Assembly: GCA_965243025.1 (NCBI GenBank)
Contig: CBDETY010000003.1
Coordinates: 1,248,001-1,312,000, forward strand
Source: Candidatus Latescibacterota bacterium
GTDB lineage: Bacteria > Latescibacterota > UBA2968 > UBA8231
Length of the DNA: 64,000 nucleotides
Direction of reading: 5' to 3'
Positions within the stretch are counted from its first letter, which is position 1. Every line of letters starts with the position of its first letter. The notes below the pieces were generated by a model, which had not been told where the DNA came from, ran no database searches, and saw only the letters and a program-made list of their open reading frames with translations. This document shows, piece by piece, positions 29,166-40,172 of the stretch. Made by a program: the position numbers and the translations under genes.

Positions 29166-30677
29166 CACTTTTACGCGCGCTATGCCGAGGAGCGGGGCAA
29201 TGGCCTGGACGTGCCGGCCGCCATCGAGGTCACCTTTGCGAGCACGGGGCAGGCGATAGCGGTCGGGGCCATGACCACCGCGGGGGGCCTCGCGGTCCTG
29301 GTGGTGGGGGACTTCAGGGGATTCAGCCACTTCGGGCTGATTGCCGCGGTCGGAATCGGGTTCGCCCTGCTGGCGATGATCGTCGTGATGCCGGCGCTGG
29401 TGGCGGTCTGCGAGCAGCTGGGGCTGTTGTCCCTTGGCCTCCGCGCCCGGGACCAGGCCCGGGTACCGGGAAACAGCCGCTTTCCCCTGGCCGGCCTGGT
29501 GACCGCGGCGGCCCTCGTCTCGGTCCTGGTTGGAATCCTGGCGTTTCCGAGAACCGAGTTCGAGTACCGGTTCGGCGAGCTGGAGCCGGTATACGGCGAA
29601 TACAACAAACGGCGGGACAGGGTTCGGCAGGTATTCCCGCCCGCAGGGACACGCAACCAGGCCTACATCATCGCCGATTCCCCTGCGCAGGCGGCCGCCG
29701 CCGCCGCGGCCGTGAGGGAGCGCGCGGCGGCCGACACCCTGACACCGACCATCGCCGGGGTCGCCACCCTGCAGGACCGCTTTCCCGTGGAGGCCGCCGA
29801 ACAGCAGCGGAAACTGCGGCGCATCGCCGCCATCAGGGAGCGGCTCGAGGAGCCGTTGCTGCGGGCCGCCGGCGGTGAGCAGCTGCGCCGCCTGCGCGTC
29901 GCCGCCCAGACCCGGACCCCGCTGTCCTCCGACGACCTTCCCGCCTCCCTGAAGGACCCCTTTCTGACCAGGACCGGGGAGATCGGACACTTCGTGCGCA
30001 TCTCCCCGTCCGTGGGACTTTCGGACGGCCGCAACTCCATCGCCTTTCTCGAGGATGCCGGGACGGTGCGGAGCGCCGACGGAACGGTCTTCCACGCCGG
30101 CTCCCCCGCCCTCGCTGCGGCCGCGATCCTCCGGCGCGTGCGCGGCGAGTCCCCCTGGATGGTGGCCGCCTCGGCGATCCTGGTGACGCTGCTGATGTGG
30201 CTGAACTTCACCTCGCTGCGCTGGGCGGCGGTCGCCCTTTTGCCCCTTCTGGTAGGCGTCCTGTGGATGGTGACCGCCATGGCCGTTTTCGGCCTGCGCC
30301 TGAACTTCTACAACATGATCGTGCTGCCGGCGGTCCTCGGGATCGGCAACGACGCCGGGGCCCATCTCGCCCACCGCTACCGGGAGGAAGGCCCCGGCTC
30401 CATCCGGCGGGTGCTCGCCTCCACGGGGGAACACATCAGCGTCGGCTCGCTGACGACGGCGATCGCCTTTGCCGGCCCCCTGCTGAGCTTCCACCCCGGT
30501 CTTCGAACCATCGGAGTGCTGGCGATTACCGGCCTGGCGGCGACCTGGCTGGCCGCCCTCGTGGTGACCCCGGCGGTCCTGCAGTTCCTGTCCGACCGCG
30601 GGCAGTTGCCCGGGTTCAACCCGCGGAGGGAACCCGGTTCGGACGGCTCCCCGGACGCGGCCGGGAATCCCGCCTGA
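29166..30677 (+). pseudogene. MMPL/RND lipid exporter, 3' half
   Basis: Resumes in frame HFYARYAEE...TGQAI..GAMTT...FRGFSHFG; second repeat LGIGND.GAH. Confidence 0.9.
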
Positions 30678-31849
30678 GATCGTGCACCAGCTGCGCCATC
30701 AGGCGGACGTGACAGTCGGCGATCACCGGCCAGCGGAACTGGCGCGTCTTGTCGGAGGCGCGGACGCGAGCCGCGTCGAGCCCACCCGGGTCCGTGTAGT
30801 AACGGAGTATGGCGTCGCGGAATTCCCCGGGGTGGCCGCTGCGGACGAGATGCCCGTTCTCCTCCTCGGTGATGACGTCCTGGATGCCCTCGAGCCGCGA
30901 GGCGATCGTCGGCAGTCCGCACAGCCCCGCCTCGAGCATTACGACCCCGAACCCCTCCATGGTGCCCGGAACCGGCACGTTGGGCATGATGAACAGGTCG
31001 GATCCGCGGTAGAGGCTGTGGAGGTGTTCGTCGGGCACGGCTCCGAGAAGGCGGACGCGATCCTCCAGGCCGCGGCGCGATGCCGCTTCCCGGATGTTTC
31101 CCGCTTCCGGCCCGGAGCCGGCCAGCCAGTAGTGGATGCTGTCCGGCAGCTCGGGCATCACCGCGTCGACGAACCAGCCGAACCCCTTGCGCTCCACCTG
31201 CCTGCCGACGCTGCAGAGCAGGAAGGCGTCCCCCCCCCGGCGGAGAGCCGAAGGGGCGCAACAGCTCCCGGCGCGGAACCTGGTGCCCGGCAGGCGGGGA
31301 AGGAGCGCCGGCAAAGCGGTCCTCGCGGATCCCGTTGGGGATGACGTGGAGCCTGGAGGGGGGCAACCCCCTGGCGACGCACTCCTCGCCGGTTGCCCGG
31401 CTGACCGCGGCGACTCCGTCGAGCGCCTCGAAGGCGTGCTCCAGAACGCGGCGGTAGGGAGCGAACGGCCAGGTGACGTCCTGACCGTGGGCTATCGCCA
31501 GGGTCGCGACCCCGGTATCGCGCAGCAGGCCCCGCAGGGGGGCGGCGAGGGCGGCGGGGATCATCGAGGAGAACAGCACGACGTCGACTGCCCCGGAACG
31601 GGCGGCCTCCTCGATGGCGCGGTATGCCCGCACCAGGTAGGGCGGGGTGCGCATGTAGATCCAGCGCCAGGAACTGCGCAGCACGACATCGCGAAGGGCG
31701 ACCTCGGGGTGCCGCGTCAGGGCACCGTGCAGATCGACGGCGACCCGCTGCATGCCGCCGACGTTGGCCAGCGGCCGGTCCGCAGGGGGAAAGGTGTGGG
31801 ACACGAAGAGCACTCCGAGCTGGCGGCGTTCGTTCTCTTCTGCAGGCAT
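30616..31849 (-). pseudogene. Glycosyltransferase family 4, frameshifted at a G9 tract
   Basis: N-half FPP...GGMQ, AHGQD; C-half VGRQVERKG, EGFGVVMLEA; frames join at 31230-31238. Confidence 0.85.
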
Positions 31850-31954
31850 TGGGGCTCCGTTGGCGGGGAGTTGTGGGTGAGGCGGTCGTGGATCGCCGCA
31901 GCCGCGGTCGGATCCCGGGAAACGCCCCGGGAACCGGGAAATGGTTGGAAAACC

Positions 31955-33133
31955 TCAGGGGTGCGCAGCAACCTGGCCGGTTCCGCCCCCGGCTGTTTCC
32001 GCTTCGAGGTCCCGTGCGGGAAACCGCGAGGCGGCCTGCCCGGGATGCGGTCGCGGCTTCGAAACGGGAATAGCCAGGGCGAACCAGGCGACGAGGTTCG
32101 CCGCGCGGTCGAGGAGTACCGTGGTCAGCAGGACGCTGGCGACCACCGCCGAGGCGATTTCGACGTGACCGGACAGGAAAACTCCGGCACTGGCGAACAG
32201 GAGGTCCCGGGCAGGTATGAAGGGAATCCGGGCGACGACTATCTGCACGGCGAGCAGCGAGATCCAGGATTCGAGGGGAACCCCGGGGTCGGCGGACACC
32301 CACAACAGCAGCTGCAGGGCGTGAACGAGAATCAGCCTGAGGGCGTGGATGCCGAACACCGCCGTCGCCTGGCCTCGGCCGAGGCTGAGAAACCGGCGGC
32401 AGAGGAGGAGCGAGAGGCCCGCGGTGACGGCGACGGCTGCGGCCGCCTCGAACAGGGAGGGCTTCCAGCCAGGCCAGGGCAAGGCGACCGTTCCGGTACC
32501 CAGAAGCAGCCCCAGGATGACGGCGGCGAACAGGGTCGAGGCGATGGAGGAGAGAAGGATGTTGTCCTTAAGCGTGCGCAGGATGTCGGCACCCGGAATT
32601 GCGGTCCTTCGCCTTGCCCAGACGTAGGCGTACGCCTCTCCGGAATAGTCGAGAACCTGGCTGCTGAATATCCGGCGGCGCACCGCCGCCGGAGCGAGCT
32701 GACGTACCGGCAGTCCCCACAGGATCCGGAAGATCCAGACCTCGCACGCCGGAAGGGCAGCGAACATCGCCGCGAAGACGGCGTAGAAGGCGACCGAATC
32801 CGGCAGCGACGCGATCACCTCCACAGCGCCGATTTCCAGTACCTGGTAGAGCAGCAGGCACCCCATCGAAAGGGTGAGGAGGATGTTCAGCGGCCGGAGC
32901 AACAGCGGCAGACGGCGGCGGAGGGCGTCGATGGAGCTGCGCCAGGAGGTGGTGAACCCGGGAATCACCGTTGCGCCGTTGGCATGGAGGAACCGGGGGA
33001 TCTTTCCGATCCGTATATATCGCCGCCGCGTTGCCGGGTCGTGGCGGGTAGTTGACAATGGCGATTTCGTCACACCCCCCGGGGCGGGGGCGTTCGGGGC
33101 TGCTTCTTCTGCTGGTTCTGTATGACCTGACAT
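31955..33133 (-). CDS. Membrane protein, LPG-synthase-TM/flippase-like (start uncertain)
   Basis: About 8 TM helices; YSGEAYAYVWAR, LKDNILLS, RIPFIP. Confidence 0.6.
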   Translation of the reverse strand: MSGHTEPAEEAAPNAPAPGGVTKSPLSTTRHDPATRRRYIRIGKIPRFLHANGATVIPGFTTSWRSSIDALRRRLPLLLRPLNILLTLSMGCLLLYQVLEIGAVEVIASLPDSVAFYAVFAAMFAALPACEVWIFRILWGLPVRQLAPAAVRRRIFSSQVLDYSGEAYAYVWARRRTAIPGADILRTLKDNILLSSIASTLFAAVILGLLLGTGTVALPWPGWKPSLFEAAAAVAVTAGLSLLLCRRFLSLGRGQATAVFGIHALRLILVHALQLLLWVSADPGVPLESWISLLAVQIVVARIPFIPARDLLFASAGVFLSGHVEIASAVVASVLLTTVLLDRAANLVAWFALAIPVSKPRPHPGQAASRFPARDLEAETAGGGTGQVAAHP

Positions 33134-33754
33134 GCGCGGCTCACGACCGGAACGCGGAGAGCGTCGGCGGACCGGCGTCGGTGTTCGCGGCAGTGGATCT
33201 CGAGGGAAGCAACCCTGATGTGTACCGGGTTGTGGGCCGCATCGCCGGCGGAGCTCCCGGGGTCTCGACGACTCCGTCATTTGTCTTACCGCGGACGGGG
33301 CGTTGCTGAATCGGAAGCGGGAGGCGGGGCCGATGCGGACTGAGTGGTGGAAACCCGTAATCTTCGATTTCCATACAGACGAAACCGCGGGAGAAAGGTT
33401 CCGCTGCCGCATACTGGAGCTCCCCGTCGCCGGCCGGGCTTGCTGGTTCGCGTTGAGCCTCGGCCTCTACGTACCGAGGATCGAAGCGGCGGTTCTTCCC
33501 CTGGGAATCGCCCGCTGCGACGACCTCTCCTTCTGGTCGGACAACGGCCTGTCGCTGCGGAACGCCGCGGCCATCACCTCCCTGTGCGCCGTCGCCATGC
33601 ACCTCGGGGTCACCGCGGTCATGGGCATCCGCTTCGACGCCTCCGTCCTCATCCTGCTTCCGCTCTGGAATCCCGTGCCGGCGCCGCTCGAAAGAGTGAG
33701 GTCGGCGGGATTCGACCGGGGGCGGCCGCGGGCCGAACCCCAGTCGCAGCCGCC

Positions 33755-34902
33755 TTGCGAATACTGCTGGTAACCCAGGACTACCCCCCGGCGGTCGGGG
33801 GCATTCAGACCTTTGCCCGCGAGCTTGCCTCCAGGCTGGGGGTCCGGTGTACCGGCCTGAGGGTGATGGCCCCGGCCCATCCCGGCGCCGGAACCTTCGA
33901 CAACGGCAGCGGCGTGGCGGCGACGCGAGTCCGCTGCCGCCCGGAGTGGCTCGCCATCGCCCTTCTCCCGGCGCTGGTCCGGCACGCCGTCTTCCGGCGC
34001 GCCGACGTCGCCGTCCACATGCAGTGGCAGGTCGCAGTCCCTTCGCTGCTGATCCGGGCCATCTGCGGGCGCCCCGGGGGGATCGTGGTCATGGCGCATG
34101 GGAGGGAGCTTCTCCACGATCCGGTCCCCGGCAGGGTCGCCGGGAGGATCTACGGGCTGCTGCGCCGCTGGACCCTGAAGAACAGCGACCGTCTCTGCGC
34201 CAACAGCAGGTTCACCGCCGGGCTCCTCGAAGCCGGGGGAGCGGCGGCAGGGCGCATCGCCGTCGTCGGCTGCGGCACCGATCCCGACCGCTACCGTCCG
34301 GGGGACCGCGGCGCGCCGGCGCCTCAATCTCCCGGGCGGGCGCATCCTCTTCACCCTCTGCCGGCTGACCCCCCACAAGGGAATCGATACCGCCATCCGA
34401 GCCGTGGCCGGGCTAGGGGATTTCGGGACCTCCTCTGTCTGGTGGGGGGAACCGGGCGGGACCGTGAACGTCTGGCAACCCTGGCGGGGAAACTCGGAGT
34501 GGGGGAGCGGGTGCGCTTCCTCGGCGAGGTCGAAGAGGAGGAGTTGGCGGACTACTACAGGGCCTGCGACCTGTTCGCGATGCTGTCGAGGAGGGACGGA
34601 GCGGACGTCGAAGGCCTGGGGATCGCCTTTCTCGACGCCGCGGCCTGCGGCAGACCGGTGCTGGGCACCCTGTCGGGAGGAATTCCGGACGCCGTCGAGC
34701 ACGGCCGCACCGGTCTCCTCGTCGAACCCGGAAACGCAGATGCGGCAGCGGCGGCCATGCGCAGGCTGCTGAACGATCGCGGCTGCGCGGACCGGCTCGG
34801 CCGGCAGGGCAGGTCGAGGGTGGAGGAGAGTTTCACCTGGGAACTGGTCTGCCGGCGGGTGCACGGGTACTGGTGGAAGCAACCGAATCGCAACCGGTAT
34901 GA
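33755..34902 (+). pseudogene. Glycosyltransferase family 4 (PimB-like) with three frameshifts
   Basis: TQDYPPAVGGIQ, AHGRE, EGLGIAFLDAAACG; core ILFTLCRLTPHKGID lies in another frame (about 34305-34420); end shifts near 34868. Confidence 0.8.
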
Positions 34903-35183
34903 CTCATTTACAGCTGGATGCTGCCGGAACCCGTTCCGCTCTCGGCTGTCACACAACGTTGACGAGTTCGAAGCCGTATTCCCGGCTCGTGGTGCTGAAC
35001 CGCATGGTGTCGAAAGTGCGGCGCATTCCCGGCATGGAATACCGGTCCCTCGCCGACGGCGTCAAACGCCGCACCGGAAGCGTCAACGACGCGGTCGAAC
35101 GCTTCAAGGAGGAGCTGTGCTCCCTCGCCCGGCACCGGGGATGCGACGCCATCCTCGCCGGGGCTGGCTTGAAACGAATATGA
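34899..35183 (+). CDS. Small hypothetical protein
   Basis: Fills the gap with ATGA overlaps on both sides. Confidence 0.45.
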   Translation: MTHLQLDAAGTRSALGCHTTLTSSKPYSRLVVLNRMVSKVRRIPGMEYRSLADGVKRRTGSVNDAVERFKEELCSLARHRGCDAILAGAGLKRI

Positions 35184-36361
35184 AGATCGCCCTGTTCACC
35201 GAGACCTTTCTGCCGAAGATCGACGGTGTGGTCAACACCCTCTGCCAGCTCCTGCGGCATCTGGAAAGACGCGGGCACGAGGCGGTCGTCGTCGCCCCGG
35301 GGAAGGGCCCGGAAACATTCGCTTCCGCCAGGGTGATCTACCACCGGGGAGCCGGACTTCCGATGTACCCCGAACTGCGGGTTGTCTCCCCCTTCACCGA
35401 TGTCGGTGCATCCCTGCGCGGTTTCAGGCCCGATCTCGTACACGTGGCCAACCCGGTCTTCCTCGGCGTAGCCGGAACGAGGTGGGCGGAGAGGTCGGGT
35501 TTTCCCGTCATCGCCTCGTATCACACCGACGTGCCGGGGTACGCCCGCACCTACGGATTCCCCGCCCTGGCCCGTCCTCTGTGGGGCTACCTGCGATGGG
35601 TTCACGACAAGGCGAGGCTGAACCTGTGTCCCTCCAGGGCGACCCTGGCCGAGCTCGAGTCGCGGGGTTTCTCCAATCTCAAGCTCTGGACGCGGGGGGT
35701 CGACGCGGACCGCTTCTCCCCGGACAAGGCCTCGCAGGAATGGCGCCACCGCCTGACGGGCGGCGATCCGCAGGCGCCGCTGCTGCTGTACGTCGGCAGA
35801 CTGGCACCCGAGAAGCGCGTGGACTGGCTGCGCCCCTTGCTGGAAGAACTTCCCGGAGCCCGGATGGCCATCGTCGGCGGAGGCCCGTCCCGCGGGGAGC
35901 TCGAGCGGCTCTTTGCTGGCACGGCCACGGTGTTCGCCGGATACCTGCAGGGGGAGGACCTCGCCGGCGCCTACGCCAGCGCCGACATCTTCGCTTTTCC
36001 TTCGGCCAGCGAGACCTTCGGCAACGTCGTTCTCGAAGCCGCCGCCTCCGGGCTTCCGGCCGTGGCTCCGAGAGCCGGGGGGGTCGTCGACATCGTCCGC
36101 GACGGCGAAACCGGTTTCCTGTTCGAAGCGCACAGCCGCAAGGCGTTCAGCGACAGCGTTCGCCGACTGGTGCACGACCTCGGGAAACGCCGGGAGATGT
36201 CGGCGAAGGCGCGCTCGCTGGCGGAGGGACGCAGCTGGGAAGCGGTGCTGGACGGTCTGCTCGAGGAGTACCACCGGGTCGCCGGTTTCCCGCCGCGGAG
36301 ATCCCGGACAGCGGCCCGCTCCGGGAACGAGTTTGGTCTGTTGGCGGCCGGCCCGCGGTGA
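35180..36361 (+). CDS. Glycosyltransferase family 4 (MgtA/SqdX-like)
   Basis: MKIALFTETFLPKIDGV, SYHT, RGVD, YVGRLAPEK, ETFGNVVLEA. Confidence 0.92.
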   Translation: MKIALFTETFLPKIDGVVNTLCQLLRHLERRGHEAVVVAPGKGPETFASARVIYHRGAGLPMYPELRVVSPFTDVGASLRGFRPDLVHVANPVFLGVAGTRWAERSGFPVIASYHTDVPGYARTYGFPALARPLWGYLRWVHDKARLNLCPSRATLAELESRGFSNLKLWTRGVDADRFSPDKASQEWRHRLTGGDPQAPLLLYVGRLAPEKRVDWLRPLLEELPGARMAIVGGGPSRGELERLFAGTATVFAGYLQGEDLAGAYASADIFAFPSASETFGNVVLEAAASGLPAVAPRAGGVVDIVRDGETGFLFEAHSRKAFSDSVRRLVHDLGKRREMSAKARSLAEGRSWEAVLDGLLEEYHRVAGFPPRRSRTAARSGNEFGLLAAGPR

Positions 36362-36777
36362 GAACGGCAGGCCGTGGGAGCGCATGCGCTGCCCGCCCTG
36401 CCGGCGACCTCGCCGGGTTCCCGGCCGTCTTCGGACTGTCGGGATCCATCGAGGCGGCGCCAGCGGGTGCGACACCTGGAAATCGGCAATGCCGTACCCG
36501 AGGTCGCCATCCCCGCGCCAAGCGGGGATGCCCCGGCGATCGAGGTGAGGACATACAACCTCGACCACCTGTGCCGGGGAAACGACAACGATGTGGCGGC
36601 GGCTGGCTGGTCCTGTCCAGGCAGCACGAAGGAGCTGTCCCCCCGGGTCGACCCGGCAAAGCGAAGGCCGCTGCCCGGAACGAGGCATGGCCCCGGACAG
36701 AGAGTGGAGACCCGGAATCTTCCTCCATTCGAATTCAGGTCCAAAGCAGTCGGAGCTCAGCGACAACGGAATCCGGC

Positions 36778-37530
36778 CTACGACACTCGCTTTCCCCCCC
36801 GCAGCACCGGCAGGCGATCCCCCCAGGGCTCGCCGGTGCGCACCAGGATCAGGTCGGGCACGTGGTACTGGGGAACGTAGGCCCGCCGCGGCCGGTCCCT
36901 GGAGGTATTGGGGCCGCTGCGATGCAGCAGCAGCGAGGAGAAGACGGCCACCTGTCCGGCGCGCATCTCCACGGGAATGGCCCCGTCGTCCTCTACCTGG
37001 GCCTTTTTTCCGGCATAGCGATGCTCGTCCTCCTCTTCGGGTACATGCTCCAGCACACCGCGCCTGTGAGATCCGGGAATGACCCATATGCAGCCGTTCT
37101 CCAGGTCGGAGTCGGAGATCGCCGTCCAGCAGGTGATGTACTCCAGCGGCTCGGTGGTCGTATATCCCGAGTCCTGGTGCCAGTCGAAAACCTTGCCGCG
37201 GCCTTCCGGCATCTTCGTCGTCGCCTGGTTGTAGTAGAGATCGGCATCCTCCCCGATGAGTAGACGGCAGGCTTCCAGGTATATCGGCTTCCTGAGGAAA
37301 TCGAGCGCCACCGGGCTCAAGGTGTGGAACTGGCTGAAGGCGCGCCTCCCGCGGGCGCTTTCCACCGCCTCGGTGTCGCCGCCGGCCTCGACCTCGCGCA
37401 CGTGCCCGGCGTATACCCGGTCCATCTCCGCCGCCATCCGCTGGAGCTCTTCCCCAGAGAAAACCACGCCGGTGACGAAATAACCCAGGTCGCGAAACTG
37501 CTGCACCTCTTCAGTGCTGATCAGTGTCAT
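36778..37530 (-). CDS. PhyH-family dioxygenase
   Basis: WHQDSGY, ENGCIWVIPGSH, LHRSGPN.S. Confidence 0.92.
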   Translation of the reverse strand: MTLISTEEVQQFRDLGYFVTGVVFSGEELQRMAAEMDRVYAGHVREVEAGGDTEAVESARGRRAFSQFHTLSPVALDFLRKPIYLEACRLLIGEDADLYYNQATTKMPEGRGKVFDWHQDSGYTTTEPLEYITCWTAISDSDLENGCIWVIPGSHRRGVLEHVPEEEDEHRYAGKKAQVEDDGAIPVEMRAGQVAVFSSLLLHRSGPNTSRDRPRRAYVPQYHVPDLILVRTGEPWGDRLPVLRGGKRVS

Positions 37531-37895
37531 GGAGACCCACCTGTTCGGAGGCCCTGCCGGCGATCTGCCGCCAGGGTGCCGGGAGGAGAAGCGGTCAGCC
37601 GTCCGCCTCCGGAAGGTGAAGGAAAAACCCCTCGAGGGGGACGGCCAGCACCCACGGCAGACCGGGGATGCACAGACCTGCCGATGGCACCGCAAGCCAC
37701 TGCAGCGATGCCTGGCCGCGCCGGTGCCGCCCATCCCGGGAACTCTCGGTCCGGCCCACATCCGGAACAGGGAATACAGGGCGGCCACCGCAGCGGTCAG
37801 GTTGGGGTCCCGGGGCCGGGGTGTCAAGATTCCGGCGCGGCCGGCACCGGTTCCCGGGACTCGCGGTCAACGCTTGCGAGCAGGGCCCGCACATG

Positions 37896-37933
37896 AAAAA
37901 AGGCCTGTCCCGGTATGAAGCCCGGGACAGGCC
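37896..37933 (-). terminator. Intrinsic terminator
   Basis: GGCCTGTCCCGG/CCGGGACAGGCC 12-bp stem then T6 on minus strand. Confidence 0.85.
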
Positions 37934-38100
37934 GTACCGGATTCCTCCTTGAGGGGAGGACCCTCCGGGGAAGGAGAGGAATTGAGGCGGAGTCAGGGGA
38001 TTGTGACGATTTTGTGCCGCCAGGGGACCTGCGCATCCCTGAGAGCGCAAGGGTGGCTGCCAATCGTGACCGATCGCAGCGAGGAGCGGAAGCCGACCCT

Positions 38101-40089
38101 TCAATAGACCAGCGGAAACGGGGCCAGGGCGGTATCGGTCCCCGAGTCCGCCTCCACGGCCAGGCGCAGCAGGTACAGGCCCGGAGGCAGGAGTTCTCCG
38201 CCGGTTCGGCCGTCCCAGGAAGCAGAGAACCGGCCGCTGCCCCAGCCGGCCGTTTCCAGGATGGCGACCTGCCGGCCCGTCAGGTCCAGCACATCGAGGA
38301 CCACCGGTACCTTCCCGCCCAGATTCACCAGTTCGTAGCTGACTTCGAGAGTCTCGTTGACGCCGTCTCCGTCCGGGGTGATTGCCGAGACGGCGAGTTT
38401 CTGGATCGAACGGGCTTCCAGGTTCGGCGCCCTGACAGTCAGGCCGCGTCCATCCGTACGTGGATCGACGTCTCCCGGAGCGATCCGATGGCGGACCTCC
38501 TCCGGCCGGGTGCTGTCGAACGCCCTGCCGGAGAACAGGGTGGATGCCTGGAAGACCTCCGCCCGGAAGTCGATCTCGATCGGTTCACCGGAGAGCTGTA
38601 TGTCGATGAAGGGAAGACGTACGACTGTGTAGCGCCCGTTCCAGGGTTCCACCTCGTACTCGTCGTTGCCGAGAGTTCTCGCTCCGATTCTCACCCCATC
38701 GAAATAAGGGGCGGCCGGGGTATCGATCTGAATGCTGTCGAAGCCGGAGTCCTCTTCAGAAACGACGGCAAACAGTTTGTAGGTGAAGGAAGTCACCTCC
38801 CCGAGGCGGGTTTCGGGTGGGTTGATTTCGGCGATGAGGAGCGAAGCTATCGGGGGTTGAGTGATGTGGAACTGGATGTAGTCCAGTCTGCTGCCGGCGT
38901 TGCCGGTCGAGCTGAATTCGACGGCAAACTGAGCGAACCGGTGTGGCCGGGTGGCGGTGAGATCCAGCCCGCCCGAAGCAAGCTCCGAGGGAGCGGTCCA
39001 GAAATCCCAGTTCTCGCTGTCCGGGGTGATTCCCGCCGCCTCCCCTCCTTCGAGCCGGTGGTAGGAGCGGCGCGTCAATTCCTCCCCGTCCGCACCGAAA
39101 CGCGATTTCCGATCTCCTTTGAAAGTGTTGCGCCAGTATTGGTTGGGGTCTTCGTCGCCGCCGCTGCGGGCGCTGACCCTGACGCTGGCCCCGGGAGATG
39201 CGTCTCCGCTCCAGGACAACTCCTCGAGGCTTGCGCGGCCGCCCAGGTCGACTATTCCCGAGATGAAACCGGCTTCCGGGACGTACCCGTCGCCGTAGAT
39301 CTCGAACTCGGCGATCTCCCACAGCTCCAACGGGGCGGCGAACACGACCGCCTGAACGGGGCGATCGACGGTCAGGTCGAACTCCGACCTCGTATTCTCG
39401 AAATCCTCGTGCAGGACGTCGAACTCGAGATGCCCGACCTGAAGCGGGAGTTCCCGCGTGGACCCGCCGAACTTGAACCGGTTCAACAGTCGCGGGATCC
39501 ACCCCGGGCGTACGGGATCGCCGCCCGCCACACCCAATGTCAGCTCGGGTATGAAGCGGTCGAGAGCGTGATCCGGCCGGGTACCGAAACGGATGCGGCT
39601 GATGTTGTAGGGATTGCCGAGATTGAAGACGAGGATCTTGTAGTCGACATCGCAGTCGCAGCCGGGATCGTACAGGGCCAGGGCGTTGTAGCTGCCCGAT
39701 TGCCCCTCTGACGACCTCTTGCCCGCTGAGCCTTCGTACACAGTCGCGGGATCGCCATCGAGCAGATTGTCAATCTGGGGTTCGTTCTGCAGACGTCCCG
39801 CCGTGGTGGAAACGCGGACCGAACCGCCTTTGTCCCGTATCGAGGGGGTCAGGTTTTCCTCGGGGGAGGCGAAAACCGGGGCGATGGCGCCGTTTTCGAA
39901 AACGATCAGTCGGGTGGAACCGAAATCACCCGCGGCCGCTTCCTCCCAGGTCAGCTGAACCAGTCTGGCGTCCTTCGGGGCAGGCAGCCCCTGCCCGCCG
40001 ATGCGGACAATCGTCAGGGCCCCTGGTTCCCGGGATGCCGAAATGCAGACCGAGAGTGCGGCGACGACTGCAATTCCCCGGTGTTTCAA
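38101..40089 (-). CDS. Large secreted protein with C-terminal FlgD-Ig/T9SS-like domain, paralog of 3570-6182
   Basis: TTG start after GAGGTG; LLDGD, EFEIYGDGY, TPDGDGVNE...LDLTGR...WDGR...PPGLY. Confidence 0.75.
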   Translation of the reverse strand: MKHRGIAVVAALSVCISASREPGALTIVRIGGQGLPAPKDARLVQLTWEEAAAGDFGSTRLIVFENGAIAPVFASPEENLTPSIRDKGGSVRVSTTAGRLQNEPQIDNLLDGDPATVYEGSAGKRSSEGQSGSYNALALYDPGCDCDVDYKILVFNLGNPYNISRIRFGTRPDHALDRFIPELTLGVAGGDPVRPGWIPRLLNRFKFGGSTRELPLQVGHLEFDVLHEDFENTRSEFDLTVDRPVQAVVFAAPLELWEIAEFEIYGDGYVPEAGFISGIVDLGGRASLEELSWSGDASPGASVRVSARSGGDEDPNQYWRNTFKGDRKSRFGADGEELTRRSYHRLEGGEAAGITPDSENWDFWTAPSELASGGLDLTATRPHRFAQFAVEFSSTGNAGSRLDYIQFHITQPPIASLLIAEINPPETRLGEVTSFTYKLFAVVSEEDSGFDSIQIDTPAAPYFDGVRIGARTLGNDEYEVEPWNGRYTVVRLPFIDIQLSGEPIEIDFRAEVFQASTLFSGRAFDSTRPEEVRHRIAPGDVDPRTDGRGLTVRAPNLEARSIQKLAVSAITPDGDGVNETLEVSYELVNLGGKVPVVLDVLDLTGRQVAILETAGWGSGRFSASWDGRTGGELLPPGLYLLRLAVEADSGTDTALAPFPLVY

Positions 40090-40172
40090 TCTCACCTCGC
40101 ACGTTTCGGGAAAACCCCGTGTGCACAGCACCCTTGCAGGTGCGGGGTACCCGGTGGCTGCCGGTCCGGATG

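Noticed and set aside
33344-36361. 1005-aa double glycosyltransferase fusion in the ORF track
   Set aside because: Product of frameshifts; correcting them gives two GT4 genes and a small ORF linked by ATGA overlaps.
36374-36880. 168-aa ORF after the last GT4
   Set aside because: No clear start or motif; overlaps the convergent PhyH gene.
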